DNA of 51,469 nucleotides from an uncultured Clostridia bacterium (GTDB lineage Bacteria; Bacillota; Clostridia; Christensenellales; CAG-917): NCBI GenBank assembly GCA_947624885.1, contig CANQMD010000001.1, positions 1 to 51,469 of the forward strand, read 5' to 3'. Shown piece by piece: positions 43,505 to 51,469 of this stretch (position 1 is its first letter; each line of letters starts with the position of its first letter). The notes under the pieces were generated by a model. It saw only the letters and a program-made list of their open reading frames with translations, ran no database searches and was not told where the DNA came from. The position numbers and the translations under genes were made by a program.

Positions 43505-45547
43505 TCAATAAAATCCAAATTTCGACTTCTTCGGCAGGTCGATCGAAAATTCCTTGTCCGCGGTCGCCATTTCAAAGTCCTTTGCGGTCATGACGACTTC
43601 CTTTTGCCCCGCAAGCTGGCAGCGCAGCGCCGCCTTTGCCCATATCCTCTCGTACAAGTTGCGCACAAAGCGCCCGTTGCTGAACTCTTTTGAGTTGATC
43701 AGATCTTCGGGCAGCGTGTCAAAGTAGGTCTTGGCGCAGTCCTTGATCGCGTCCTCGCTCTTGATGTTGGAGTTGAGCATTGTCAGGAATATCTCATACA
43801 GCTGCTCGCGCGAGAAGTTGGGAAATTCCACCGTGTAGGGCATTCTGCTGCGCAAGCCTCTGTTGCCCTCCATCAGCTTTTCCATGTCGTCGGTATAACC
43901 CGCCATGATCACCACAAAATCGTCGCGATGGTTTTCCATTTCGGCGATGAGCGTGTCAAGCGCCTCCTGCCCGTAGTCCGCCGAACTCGATTCCCCGCCG
44001 CGGAACAGCGAGTACGCCTCGTCGATAAACAGCACGGAGCCGTACGCGTCGCGGCAAATGCTCGCGGTTTTGGGCGCGGTTTCGCCGACGTATCTTCCGC
44101 ACAGATCTCTGCCGTGACATTCTATGAAGTTTCCGATGCGCAATATGCCTTTCTCTTTCAGGATCTTGCCCACTATCCTCGCAACGGTCGTCTTGCCCGT
44201 GCCGGGATTGCCCACAAAGCGCATATGTATGCTTGGCGTGTCCTCGTTGGCGAGTCTGGCAAGCTGGATCTGCGCGACGATCTCGTTGACCTGGGTCTTG
44301 ATCGCCTCGTTGCCAACAAGTTCGTCCAACATCTGCTGACCGGACTTGTACGCTTGCGACTTTGAGCGGCACAGTTTCATCGCGTCGTTCTCGGTGATGA
44401 CGTCGCTGCCCTTTTTGCTGTCCGCATTTTTCAGCAGTTTTGCGTAGATCAATTCGTCGACGACCTTTTTCACCGTCTTTATGCCGTAAAATCTGCCGTC
44501 GCTCTTCTCCTCGGTGATCCTCAGCCACAGCGGATCGAGCGCCGCTTTGCGCACGCTGAAGCCGCGTTGTTTGAGTTCGTTCACGGCAAATTCCAGCATC
44601 TGCTCCCGCGACGCGGGCGGAAAACTCACCAGCTTCGTCGTGAGGATATCGTTCAGCGACGCGCCTATGTGTTCCACAAGTTCTCTCTCCACAAACGGGA
44701 TTCTGAAAAACACGACTATGCAGTTCTTGTTGGATTCGATCGCCTTCAACAACGCCTTAAACTCGACGCTGTCCGTCCTGTTCATCCACTCGCTGATGTC
44801 AAGCGCAAACACCGCGCGTTTCGTGCTCGAATTCGGCGAAAGCAGTTTGGATATGATCGCGTCAAGCTGATCCGGCTTGTCTGTGCGAGGAGGCAGCACA
44901 TACTCCCTCACGCGATCTCCGACTCCCAAGCCCAGCGAGCGCATAAGCGCCGTCAGCCTTTGAGTCGCGGTGCTGAAACCGCACCCGTCGCTTACCGAAA
45001 ACAGGTATGTGCGCGACAGCAACACACCCTCAAGCCCTCTCGTCTTCGCCTCAGGCGCGATCCTGATCAACTCGTTTGCCAAGCGCACAAGTTCCTCCGC
45101 GCCCGCAAGCGCCTTTATGCTCTCCAGCGCCTTTTCGGGAGTGAGCTCGTCCTCGTCGTCGTCCTCATTGCGCCTTTCCCTCGGCGATTCAAACGACTTA
45201 TCCGTCGTCCCCTGCTGCGTTCTTTCCCCCGTGTGTCTTTCGTCTGCGGAGTCCTTTTTTTGCGGTTGCTGTTCATCCTCCCCCTCTCCCAGCACGGAAA
45301 CGGTGATCGCGTCCTTCGCGCCATCTCCGTATTTTGCGGAAAAGATCTCCATGATCTCGCCCTTTACGGCTTTGGGGTCGTCCTGCGTTTCCAACTCGAT
45401 GGTGAAGTCCATCAGGCTCTCGTCGCCGACTTTGCAGCCCAATTTTTTGACGATTTCCTCAGCCAGCGCCTTGACAGGCAAAACGTCGTCGGAGCGATGG
45501 TCCAGCACCCAATCTCTGCGAAGTTCAATGTTCAAGCGTAACAACAT
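43505..45547 (-). CDS. AAA+ ATPase of the SpoVK/CbbX/EccA clade with N-terminal domain, acidic linker and a degenerate first AAA-like module
   Basis: 680 aa. Walker A GNPGTGKT (aa 446-453, nt 44189-44212, verified by back-translation). Walker B VLFIDEAY (nt 44012-44035). IMAGYTDDM..GNRGLRSRMP matches CbbX/SpoVK sensor/Arg regions. Residues ~150-340 are AAA-sized but lack a P-loop (LLSRTYLFSVSDGCGFST; AVFALDISEW). Residues 88-135 are highly acidic and polar. Confidence 0.88.
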   Translation of the reverse strand: MLLRLNIELRRDWVLDHRSDDVLPVKALAEEIVKKLGCKVGDESLMDFTIELETQDDPKAVKGEIMEIFSAKYGDGAKDAITVSVLGEGEDEQQPQKKDSADERHTGERTQQGTTDKSFESPRERRNEDDDEDELTPEKALESIKALAGAEELVRLANELIRIAPEAKTRGLEGVLLSRTYLFSVSDGCGFSTATQRLTALMRSLGLGVGDRVREYVLPPRTDKPDQLDAIISKLLSPNSSTKRAVFALDISEWMNRTDSVEFKALLKAIESNKNCIVVFFRIPFVERELVEHIGASLNDILTTKLVSFPPASREQMLEFAVNELKQRGFSVRKAALDPLWLRITEEKSDGRFYGIKTVKKVVDELIYAKLLKNADSKKGSDVITENDAMKLCRSKSQAYKSGQQMLDELVGNEAIKTQVNEIVAQIQLARLANEDTPSIHMRFVGNPGTGKTTVARIVGKILKEKGILRIGNFIECHGRDLCGRYVGETAPKTASICRDAYGSVLFIDEAYSLFRGGESSSADYGQEALDTLIAEMENHRDDFVVIMAGYTDDMEKLMEGNRGLRSRMPYTVEFPNFSREQLYEIFLTMLNSNIKSEDAIKDCAKTYFDTLPEDLINSKEFSNGRFVRNLYERIWAKAALRCQLAGQKEVVMTAKDFEMATADKEFSIDLPKKSKFGFY

Positions 45548-45637
45548 AGTGATTCTGTCCTTTTAATATTTTTCAGCCCGAAAGCTGTTTTTATTTTCTG
45601 TGCCTAAAAAAACAAGTATATATCCTTACAATATAAT

Positions 45638-45666
45638 ATGATACCACCCAAAATCGTCCCCGTCAA
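45638..45666 (-). promoter_or_regulatory. Candidate sigma-A promoter for the AAA+/small-protein operon
   Basis: Minus strand reads TTGACG (45661-45666), 17 nt, TATCAT (45638-45643) with TG at -15/-14. It lies ~90 nt upstream of the ATG at 45547. Confidence 0.55.
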
Positions 45667-45747
45667 TGCTTTTGTTTGACCCACTGCCACAAATCGCCAA
45701 TATGCGCATAATTTCGCTTGCCTCGCCCTCCTCGCTATATCCGCATC

Positions 45748-45771
45748 AAAAAAAAGACGGCGCCGCCCGTC
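45748..45771 (-). terminator. Intrinsic terminator after the CDF-transporter operon
   Basis: Minus strand reads GACGG-gcggcg-CCGTC followed by T8. Confidence 0.6.
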
Positions 45772-45893
45772 CCCAAAACACGCCGCCCTTCTTTTTCAAG
45801 CGTCCCTTTCGCACTTGCCGCGGAGCGTCGATATTCTCTATGATTCTTTTGTCGGATTTTGCAAAATCGCAAGTTTATCTGTAAAAATTCACA

Positions 45894-46838
45894 TCACAAA
45901 CCGTCGTTTATGTCAACATTCGCATCGTCGCCGTGTGCGGCTGGCGCATTCGCATCCTCCGCTTTTTCCTCCTGCAAGATCGGGGACAGATCAATCTGAG
46001 GAGGGCATTCCTCGCTCTCGGCAAATTTGTCCTCAAGTCGTCTTTTCGCCTCCTCGATCTGTTCCGTCGTAGTCCCTTCGTCAAACGCCGCCCTCACCGT
46101 GACGACCTTGACCCCGTAGCCGTAGTCATGCACCAAAACTTCCTTCACCTGTCGCACGCATGCGATCTGCATTGCCTCTTCCGTCGCCTTTTCCTTCAGC
46201 TTTTCAGGCGCGTCGCCCACTATGACCGACTTGATGTTGTCCCACACCATCTTCGCGGCAAACACGATTATCGCCACGCTCACCGCCATACCGAAGATCG
46301 CGTCCAAGGCGTAATCGACGTAGGTAGAAACCAAAAACGAGATCAGCGACGCCGTCCCTACTGCGGTATCCAAAAAGCTGTCCAGCGCAATCGCCTTGAT
46401 CGCCTTTGAGTGCAGCGACTTCTTGTTGACAAAGTAGTACGTCAACCCCATGGCGAGTTTGATCACGATCCCCGCGGCGACGGTTGCGCAGCTTTCCACG
46501 CCAAACCAAATCGGCTCCGGCATGGCAAATCTGTTGAGCGAGCGCACAAAAAACAGCCCGCCCACCACGACGGAGGCCACCGCCACAACAAATCCCGCCA
46601 GGTATTCGCTCCTGCCGTATCCCAGCGGCGCTTTCGGAGTTTTTGGTCGAAGCAGAATGACAAACGCCAAAACCGTCACAAAACAGGTCAATATGTCAAA
46701 AAAATTGTTTATGGAGTCAAGCATTATGGTCAGGCTGTTTGACGACAGTCCCACGTACAGCTTTGCCAATGACAGCCCGATGTTCACCAAGATCCCCGCG
46801 CCAAGCATTATGAGCGCATATTTGATCCTATTTTTCAT
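45894..46838 (-). CDS. Cation diffusion facilitator (CDF) family metal efflux transporter
   Basis: 314 aa. N-terminal TM region with SNSLTIMLDSINNFFDI and RSEYLAGF motifs, plus a C-terminal cytoplasmic domain (VKEVLVHDYGYG). Overlaps the upstream gene by 11 nt. Confidence 0.88.
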   Translation of the reverse strand: MKNRIKYALIMLGAGILVNIGLSLAKLYVGLSSNSLTIMLDSINNFFDILTCFVTVLAFVILLRPKTPKAPLGYGRSEYLAGFVVAVASVVVGGLFFVRSLNRFAMPEPIWFGVESCATVAAGIVIKLAMGLTYYFVNKKSLHSKAIKAIALDSFLDTAVGTASLISFLVSTYVDYALDAIFGMAVSVAIIVFAAKMVWDNIKSVIVGDAPEKLKEKATEEAMQIACVRQVKEVLVHDYGYGVKVVTVRAAFDEGTTTEQIEEAKRRLEDKFAESEECPPQIDLSPILQEEKAEDANAPAAHGDDANVDINDGL

Positions 46839-47454
46839 CGTGCTCCCCCTCTGTCGCGCCGTCCGCAGTCGCGTCTTCCGCCTTGTCCGCCTGTGCGTTT
46901 TCTTGCGAAGTCAGATACTCCGCCTGAGCGTTTTCCTCTTGCGCAGGCACTTCCGCCGCCCATTCCTTTTCATCTTGCGTGGGTATATCCTCCGCTTGCG
47001 CCTGTTCTTTCTCATCTTTCGCGAGCATATCCTCCGCCTCCGTATGTTCCGACAACGGCGCATTTTCAGGCTCTTTCGGCGCTTCCTGCGCGGGTATATC
47101 CTCGGTCTGCAATTCGCCGTCGGACGCGGGGATATCTCCCGTCGCCGCGTTCGTCACAAACACGTATTTCGGCTTTTTCTTTTTCTGCCCGCGTTTCGGC
47201 TTATTTTGTGCGGGTTTATCCTCTGTTTGTCGTTTATCGATTTTCTTTTCGGAGCCTTTCTTCTCGTCGGACTTTCTTTCCTGTTTGGGTCTTTGCACGT
47301 GCGCGTAAACGTCCTTTGACAGTTCCGCTTTTTGCGCTCTCTTTTGCAATATGAGGATCGCGGCGCAGATCGCGACCGCCAATGCCAAAACCGCCGCCGT
47401 CGCGCCAAGGGAGATCGTCAACACATATGTTTTTGCAATCGCAAGCATGGTCAT
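46828..47454 (-). CDS. Single-pass membrane protein with Lys-rich then acidic low-complexity tail
   Basis: 208 aa from MTMLAIAKTYVL. The ATG overlaps the upstream stop (ATGA at 47451-47454). One TM helix, then a KKGSEKKIDKRQ..KPKRGQKKKKPK stretch and repeated (A/T)EDIP(A/T)Q(E/D) acidic units. Confidence 0.6.
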   Translation of the reverse strand: MTMLAIAKTYVLTISLGATAAVLALAVAICAAILILQKRAQKAELSKDVYAHVQRPKQERKSDEKKGSEKKIDKRQTEDKPAQNKPKRGQKKKKPKYVFVTNAATGDIPASDGELQTEDIPAQEAPKEPENAPLSEHTEAEDMLAKDEKEQAQAEDIPTQDEKEWAAEVPAQEENAQAEYLTSQENAQADKAEDATADGATEGEHDEK

Positions 47455-49133
47455 TTCCACGGTCCGCCCCTCCTCTTCGCTATGGCGATCGCAAGTATCG
47501 CCGCCGTCGCGGCAAGCGCCGCGCAGACCGTCAGCAGCAAAATGTTGTACCACTGCCACACGTTTTCGGGCGGATACACGATATACTCGCCGAAAAACGC
47601 GATCGTATCCTTATCCGCCGACATCTCCGCGCTGACAAGTCCTCCGTCGTAGGGTTGCAATTGCGGAGTTTGGGACGGTTGCCTGCTGCTGTCAAACGCG
47701 ACGTATTGCGCACCCTCCACGGCGCCCTGCCACTCCACTGTGAACTCGCCGTCGGGGTACGTTCTGTTCTCGCCGGAGTAAAACCCTATCTCGTACGCCG
47801 CCACACTCTCGAAGTAGCGATCTTTCGCGCCCGCGGGTATTTCTCCGTCGCGGAATACGATCTTTGGCAGCACATTCACTCTCACGTCGACGTATTCCAG
47901 TCCGTCGAAGAACACCGAAAACTTTCTTCCGTCCTCCGCCTCAACGTCGTATCTGAACTGAAAAACGGTGTATTTTCCGCCGCTGAACACGTTATGATTG
48001 AGGCTGCGGCAGTCCAGCGTGTAGTTTTGATTGGATATTCTTGCCAAAATTATATAAAATCCCGCCGTATTGGGGTCGAATTGTCCGTCGATATAAAACT
48101 CCAGCCCCAGATCTTCCTCCGAGTCGCCGTCCGCCAGGCCTCCCAGATAGTATTCCACTTGCGACAAATCCTTCAACGGCTCGCCCAGCTTGGCGTTCAT
48201 ATTGCCTATCGCCACCGAAAGCGAGCGCGGAGTCGCGGACAGCAGTATTGGCAGTCTTTCAAGCGGCAGGTAGTTTTGGTTGTCCGACGCAAAGTCAAAG
48301 TACACGGTGCGCTGACCGTCGGCGACGTTCAGCACTGTATCGGCGTTCATTTCGCCGTCCTGCTGAGCGGACAGGGTCCAACTGCCGTTCCCGCCGCGTA
48401 TATTCACGTCCCCCAGCCGCGTGCCGTACTCCGTCGTCCACGAAACTATATCCGGGGTTGGAGCAACTCCAGGCACGATCTTACACTCAAATTCCTGCGT
48501 TGAAAAGCGCGACACCTCGTTTTGGGTATCTCCCGGAAATTGAAAGCGTTCCGTCACGACATAGCGCACATAGTACTCTCCCGTGTCCACTCTCCCAAAA
48601 AATATGGGATCGCCCGGCGTATCCGCGTCGCCGATAAACCCGCTTTGGGAGTAGTCCGACGGCGAGTCCTTTCTTCTATATTGCAAGCGACACGTCATGC
48701 TGTCGCGCTGGCCGGGGTCCAGACACGAATCCACGTCCGGCGCGGACACGCAAAAGCCCCCCGCCCGCGTTTCGCTGTACTCCACGATCGGGGTTCCTGC
48801 CGCCTGCGCGTCAAAGGACGGCAACTCAAAACTCACTGTATATTTCGCCTCTTCCAGCTGTTTTTCGGCGAGCCACTCGTTGATCTTTTCCAAAAACGCC
48901 ACGCCTGCAACGTCGTTGTTGCCGTACTCAAAAAATTCCTTATCCGACGAGGCAAGCGCTTCCTCTTCCCCATCGTACAAAACGTAAAGCGTCCAGTCCG
49001 TGTCGCTCTTTCCCACTATTCTGAATGCGGGCTCTCCCTCGGCGGAGGCGACTTGCGGCATGCCGAAAATCGTCGTCGCAACAAGCAGCAACATCATCGC
49101 AAATATCGGCAACCACCGCAAAATTTTTTTCAT
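47451..49133 (-). CDS. Secreted, C-terminally membrane-anchored protein of unknown function
   Basis: Start moved to MKKILRWLPIFAMMLLLVATTIFGMPQVASAEG (signal peptide, ATG at 49133). 560 aa. C-terminal TM helix NILLLTVCAALAATAAILAIAIA plus KRRGG. I recognised no family. Confidence 0.72.
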   Translation of the reverse strand: MKKILRWLPIFAMMLLLVATTIFGMPQVASAEGEPAFRIVGKSDTDWTLYVLYDGEEEALASSDKEFFEYGNNDVAGVAFLEKINEWLAEKQLEEAKYTVSFELPSFDAQAAGTPIVEYSETRAGGFCVSAPDVDSCLDPGQRDSMTCRLQYRRKDSPSDYSQSGFIGDADTPGDPIFFGRVDTGEYYVRYVVTERFQFPGDTQNEVSRFSTQEFECKIVPGVAPTPDIVSWTTEYGTRLGDVNIRGGNGSWTLSAQQDGEMNADTVLNVADGQRTVYFDFASDNQNYLPLERLPILLSATPRSLSVAIGNMNAKLGEPLKDLSQVEYYLGGLADGDSEEDLGLEFYIDGQFDPNTAGFYIILARISNQNYTLDCRSLNHNVFSGGKYTVFQFRYDVEAEDGRKFSVFFDGLEYVDVRVNVLPKIVFRDGEIPAGAKDRYFESVAAYEIGFYSGENRTYPDGEFTVEWQGAVEGAQYVAFDSSRQPSQTPQLQPYDGGLVSAEMSADKDTIAFFGEYIVYPPENVWQWYNILLLTVCAALAATAAILAIAIAKRRGGPWK

Positions 49134-49335
49134 ATAAAACTCTCGTCCAATTGCGCATAAGCCCGAGTATTTCTCTCGGCCCGTGCGCGGCGCGTCTTTC
49201 CCGCGCGTATTTATTGTATCACTCTCAACGCGCGTGCGCAACCTTTTTATAAGTATACAATTTATGCTCAAAGTTTATTTGCCTCATCCCCCGCGCATTT
49301 TCCCCCGCGAATTTCAACAAAAGCGCAATTTAATG

Positions 49336-49364
49336 TTGTTTTAATTATCGAATTCTATTATAAT
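49336..49364 (+). promoter_or_regulatory. Candidate promoter for the two-component system
   Basis: TTGTTT (49336-49341), 17 nt, TATAAT (49359-49364). AGGAGG RBS at 49371-49376. Confidence 0.4.
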
Positions 49365-49381
49365 CGAATAAGGAGGCGCTT

Positions 49382-50056
49382 ATGCGGATATTGCTTGTCG
49401 AGGACGAGCGCGAGCTTTCCCGCGCTCTCGCAAAAATGCTGACAAAGGACGGCTACGACGTAGATTGCGTATACGACGGCGCGGACGGATTGAATTTTGC
49501 CGCCACGGGCATGTACGATTTGATCCTGCTTGACGTGATCATGCCCAAAATGAACGGTTTTGACCTGCTCAGCGAAATACGCCGCAAAAAAATGGACACT
49601 CCCGTCATCATGCTGACCGCCTTGACGGATGAAAACGACAAGATCGCGGGGCTTGACAAGGGCGCGGACGACTATGTTTCAAAGCCTTTTTCCATCAACG
49701 AACTGCTCGCTAGGATGAGGGCGGTGCTTCGGCGCAAGGGCAAACTCGTGAGCGACAACAAACTTGAGTTTTCCAACGCGTCGCTCGATCTCACCACCTA
49801 TCAACTCAGCACCCCGCAAGGATCCATCGGCTTGACGGGCAAGGAATTCGAACTGCTGCGCTACATGTTCGAGTACCCCGGCTTTGTCGCGCCCAAAGAG
49901 GACCTGATCATGAAGGCTTGGGGCATGAACAGCGAGTTTGAAAGCAACAATCTTGAGGTTTATATGTCGTTTTTGCGCAAAAAGCTGAATCATCTCGGCG
50001 CGGCGTTCACCATCGAGAGCGTGCGCGGAGTCGGCTATCGGCTTGTGCAAAAATGA
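49382..50056 (+). CDS. OmpR-family response regulator
   Basis: 224 aa. MRILLVEDE.., ILLDVIMPKMNG, SKPF, and a winged-helix end VRGVGYRL. Confidence 0.92.
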   Translation: MRILLVEDERELSRALAKMLTKDGYDVDCVYDGADGLNFAATGMYDLILLDVIMPKMNGFDLLSEIRRKKMDTPVIMLTALTDENDKIAGLDKGADDYVSKPFSINELLARMRAVLRRKGKLVSDNKLEFSNASLDLTTYQLSTPQGSIGLTGKEFELLRYMFEYPGFVAPKEDLIMKAWGMNSEFESNNLEVYMSFLRKKLNHLGAAFTIESVRGVGYRLVQK

Positions 50057-50089
50057 TTTTTCCCCGCTCGGCGCAAAGGACCTGACAGT

Positions 50090-51352
50090 ATGGATCTCAT
50101 CAAAAAGCAAAGGATATCTTTCACCGTCGCCACCACCGCGTTTGCGGCGGTGCTTTTGCTTGTGCTGCTGGGCGGATTTTTTGGCATAACCTGCCTCGCG
50201 AACGATCTTGCAATGACCTCCTCGCTTGACAAGGCGCTTGCCAATCCACACACCTACAACGATGTATCTCCGCAAAATCTGCGCTGTTTTTTCATCTATG
50301 TCAACCTTCTCGACCAAAGCTACATCGTCAAGGACCAGCACGACGCGGCGTACTATGGCGACTCGCTTGACGACATAGTTCTTCAAGCCCAACGATCCCG
50401 CGACGACAAGGCTTTCAAATTCAGATGCGGCGACAAATATTTCATCGCCAAATGCGCTTCGGGCGAGGTTTTTGCGGTTTACGCCGTGCTGGAACGCACC
50501 GCCTACCGCTCGCAACTTGTCACGTCCGCACTGCTCACGGTGCTTTTGTACTGTTGCACGGTCGGGCTGACAGGGCTGCTCGCGTTTTTGTGTTCTGCAA
50601 GGCTTTTGCACCCTGTCAAGGAGGCAATGGCAAAACAGCGCGACCTCACCGCCAACGCCTCGCATGAGCTCAAAACCCCGCTCACGGTGATCTCCGCCAA
50701 CCTCAGCGTCATTCGCTCCGAGCCGCAATCCACCGTCGCCGACAACGAGTATTGGCTTGACAGCGTCGCCTCGCAGGTGACAAGGATGCAGGATCTCATC
50801 CAAAACATGCTTGAACTCAGCAAACTTGAGCAATCCTCTCTCCCCAAGGAAACGCTCGATTTCAGTTCCGTTGCGGAGGGCGCTTGCCTCACTTTTGAGC
50901 CTGTGTGTTATGAAAACGGCGTGACGTTGCTCACCGACATAGCGGCGGGCGCCATGGTGGACGGCGACAAAAACGCCTTGGACAGATTGTGCGGAATCTT
51001 GCTTGACAACGCCATCAAATACTGCGGCGAAAACGGCAAAGTCGGCGTGCGGGTGACCTTCGACCAAAAAAAAGTGCGCCTGTCCGTCATGAACACGGGC
51101 GAAAGCGTCACAAAGGAAGAGGCGCAACACGTTTTCGACCGTTTTTATCGCACGGACGGAGCGCGGCAAAACGCCGACGGCAAAAGTTTCGGGTTGGGGC
51201 TTTCCATCGCCTACGCCACTGCCAAAGCGCACGGCGGCGACATCTACTGCCGCGGAGTGGAGGGCAAAGGCACAGTGTTCACCGTGCTCCTGCCCGTCGC
51301 CAAGCAAAAGAGCCCCAAAAAGCGGACAAAAAAACAACCGCAAAACAATTGA
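50090..51352 (+). CDS. Sensor histidine kinase (two TM segments, HisKA + HATPase_c)
   Basis: 420 aa. H-box NASHELKTPLTVI, N-box LLDNAIKY, G-boxes DRFYRTD and GLGLSIAYATAKAHGG. Confidence 0.9.
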   Translation: MDLIKKQRISFTVATTAFAAVLLLVLLGGFFGITCLANDLAMTSSLDKALANPHTYNDVSPQNLRCFFIYVNLLDQSYIVKDQHDAAYYGDSLDDIVLQAQRSRDDKAFKFRCGDKYFIAKCASGEVFAVYAVLERTAYRSQLVTSALLTVLLYCCTVGLTGLLAFLCSARLLHPVKEAMAKQRDLTANASHELKTPLTVISANLSVIRSEPQSTVADNEYWLDSVASQVTRMQDLIQNMLELSKLEQSSLPKETLDFSSVAEGACLTFEPVCYENGVTLLTDIAAGAMVDGDKNALDRLCGILLDNAIKYCGENGKVGVRVTFDQKKVRLSVMNTGESVTKEEAQHVFDRFYRTDGARQNADGKSFGLGLSIAYATAKAHGGDIYCRGVEGKGTVFTVLLPVAKQKSPKKRTKKQPQNN

Positions 51353-51377
51353 CAAAATTTTTGGCAAATGATATTAT
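51349..51377 (+). promoter_or_regulatory. Candidate sigma-A promoter for tRNA-Ala
   Basis: TTGACA (51349-51354, overlapping the kinase stop codon), 17 nt, TATTAT (51372-51377). Confidence 0.65.
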
Positions 51378-51394
51378 CTTATAGCATCCACTTT

Positions 51395-51469
51395 GGGGGT
51401 ATAGCTCAGTTGGTAGAGCGCTTGATTTGCATTCAAGAGGTCCTCGGTTCGAATCCGTGTATCTCCACC
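51395..51469 (+). tRNA. tRNA-Ala (anticodon UGC), 3' terminal nucleotide cut by window end
   Basis: Acceptor GGGGGUA/UAUCUCC includes the G3:U70 Ala identity pair. Anticodon stem CUUGA/UCAAG with loop UU-UGC-AU. T arm CUCGG-UUCGAAU-CCGUG. Ends ..ACC at the window edge. Confidence 0.9.

Noticed and set aside
47382-48503. 373-aa plus-strand ORF (and 48522-49160) opposite the 560-aa secreted protein gene
   Set aside because: It has shadow-frame composition (Arg/Leu/Val/Gln-rich). The minus-strand ORF has a textbook signal peptide and a coupled downstream gene.
49679-51367. 562-aa minus-strand ORF across the response regulator/kinase genes
   Set aside because: It is antisense to two genes with complete two-component motifs.

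Overview
This 51.5-kb chromosomal window looks like a Clostridia-type Firmicute. That call is an inference from GGAGG-type RBSs, many near-consensus sigma-A promoters, lipobox lipoproteins, KtrAB, UppP, YchF and a SpoVK-like AAA+ protein. All family calls come from motif recognition by eye; no database search or structure prediction was run, and identity levels are eyeball estimates.

Ordinary content:
- a MATE transporter fragment
- a HAD hydrolase, a hypothetical protein and a DUF362 protein in one minus-strand operon
- ktrB-ktrA followed by an N-terminally short KdpD-like kinase and a KdpE-like regulator
- a four-domain flavodiiron/flavin-reductase/rubredoxin fusion
- a multi-TM BspA-type LRR protein, uppP, ychF, and a GH27 alpha-galactosidase
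- a family-6 (hypoxanthine) DNA glycosylase, a ferritin-like protein and a DUF2804 protein
- a CDF transporter operon, an OmpR/HK pair, tRNA-Arg(CCU) and tRNA-Ala(UGC, cut by the window edge)

Accessory or unusual content:
1. Two diverged copies of a module pairing a long clostripain-like (C11) lipoprotein protease with an 875-912 aa lipoprotein whose ~430-aa C-terminal domain I cannot assign. Copy 1 (459-5080) is translationally coupled. Copy 2 (21036-35142) lies in a tRNA-Arg-proximal region next to an AT-rich decayed gene remnant. It also holds a 409-aa polytopic membrane protein and a 2,593-aa beta-helix plus Ig/MBG-repeat surface protein.
2. The candidate promoter of the 912-aa/2,593-aa gene pair has a G10 homopolymer inside its -35/-10 spacer, the classic layout for slipped-strand phase variation.
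3. A five-gene minus-strand operon (45547-41406) encodes a two-module SpoVK/CbbX/EccA-clade AAA+ ATPase followed by a duplicated pair ([A-B]x2) of small acidic YbjN/secretion-chaperone-like proteins. I regard this as the best candidate for an undescribed system.
4. A ~0.85-kb non-coding repeat array (35596-36439) has near-identical 214-bp direct repeats, three 14-bp-stem hairpins and three copies of a GTCATTCTGAGCG-type motif.

I saw no CRISPR array, rRNA, transposase, integrase or prophage genes.
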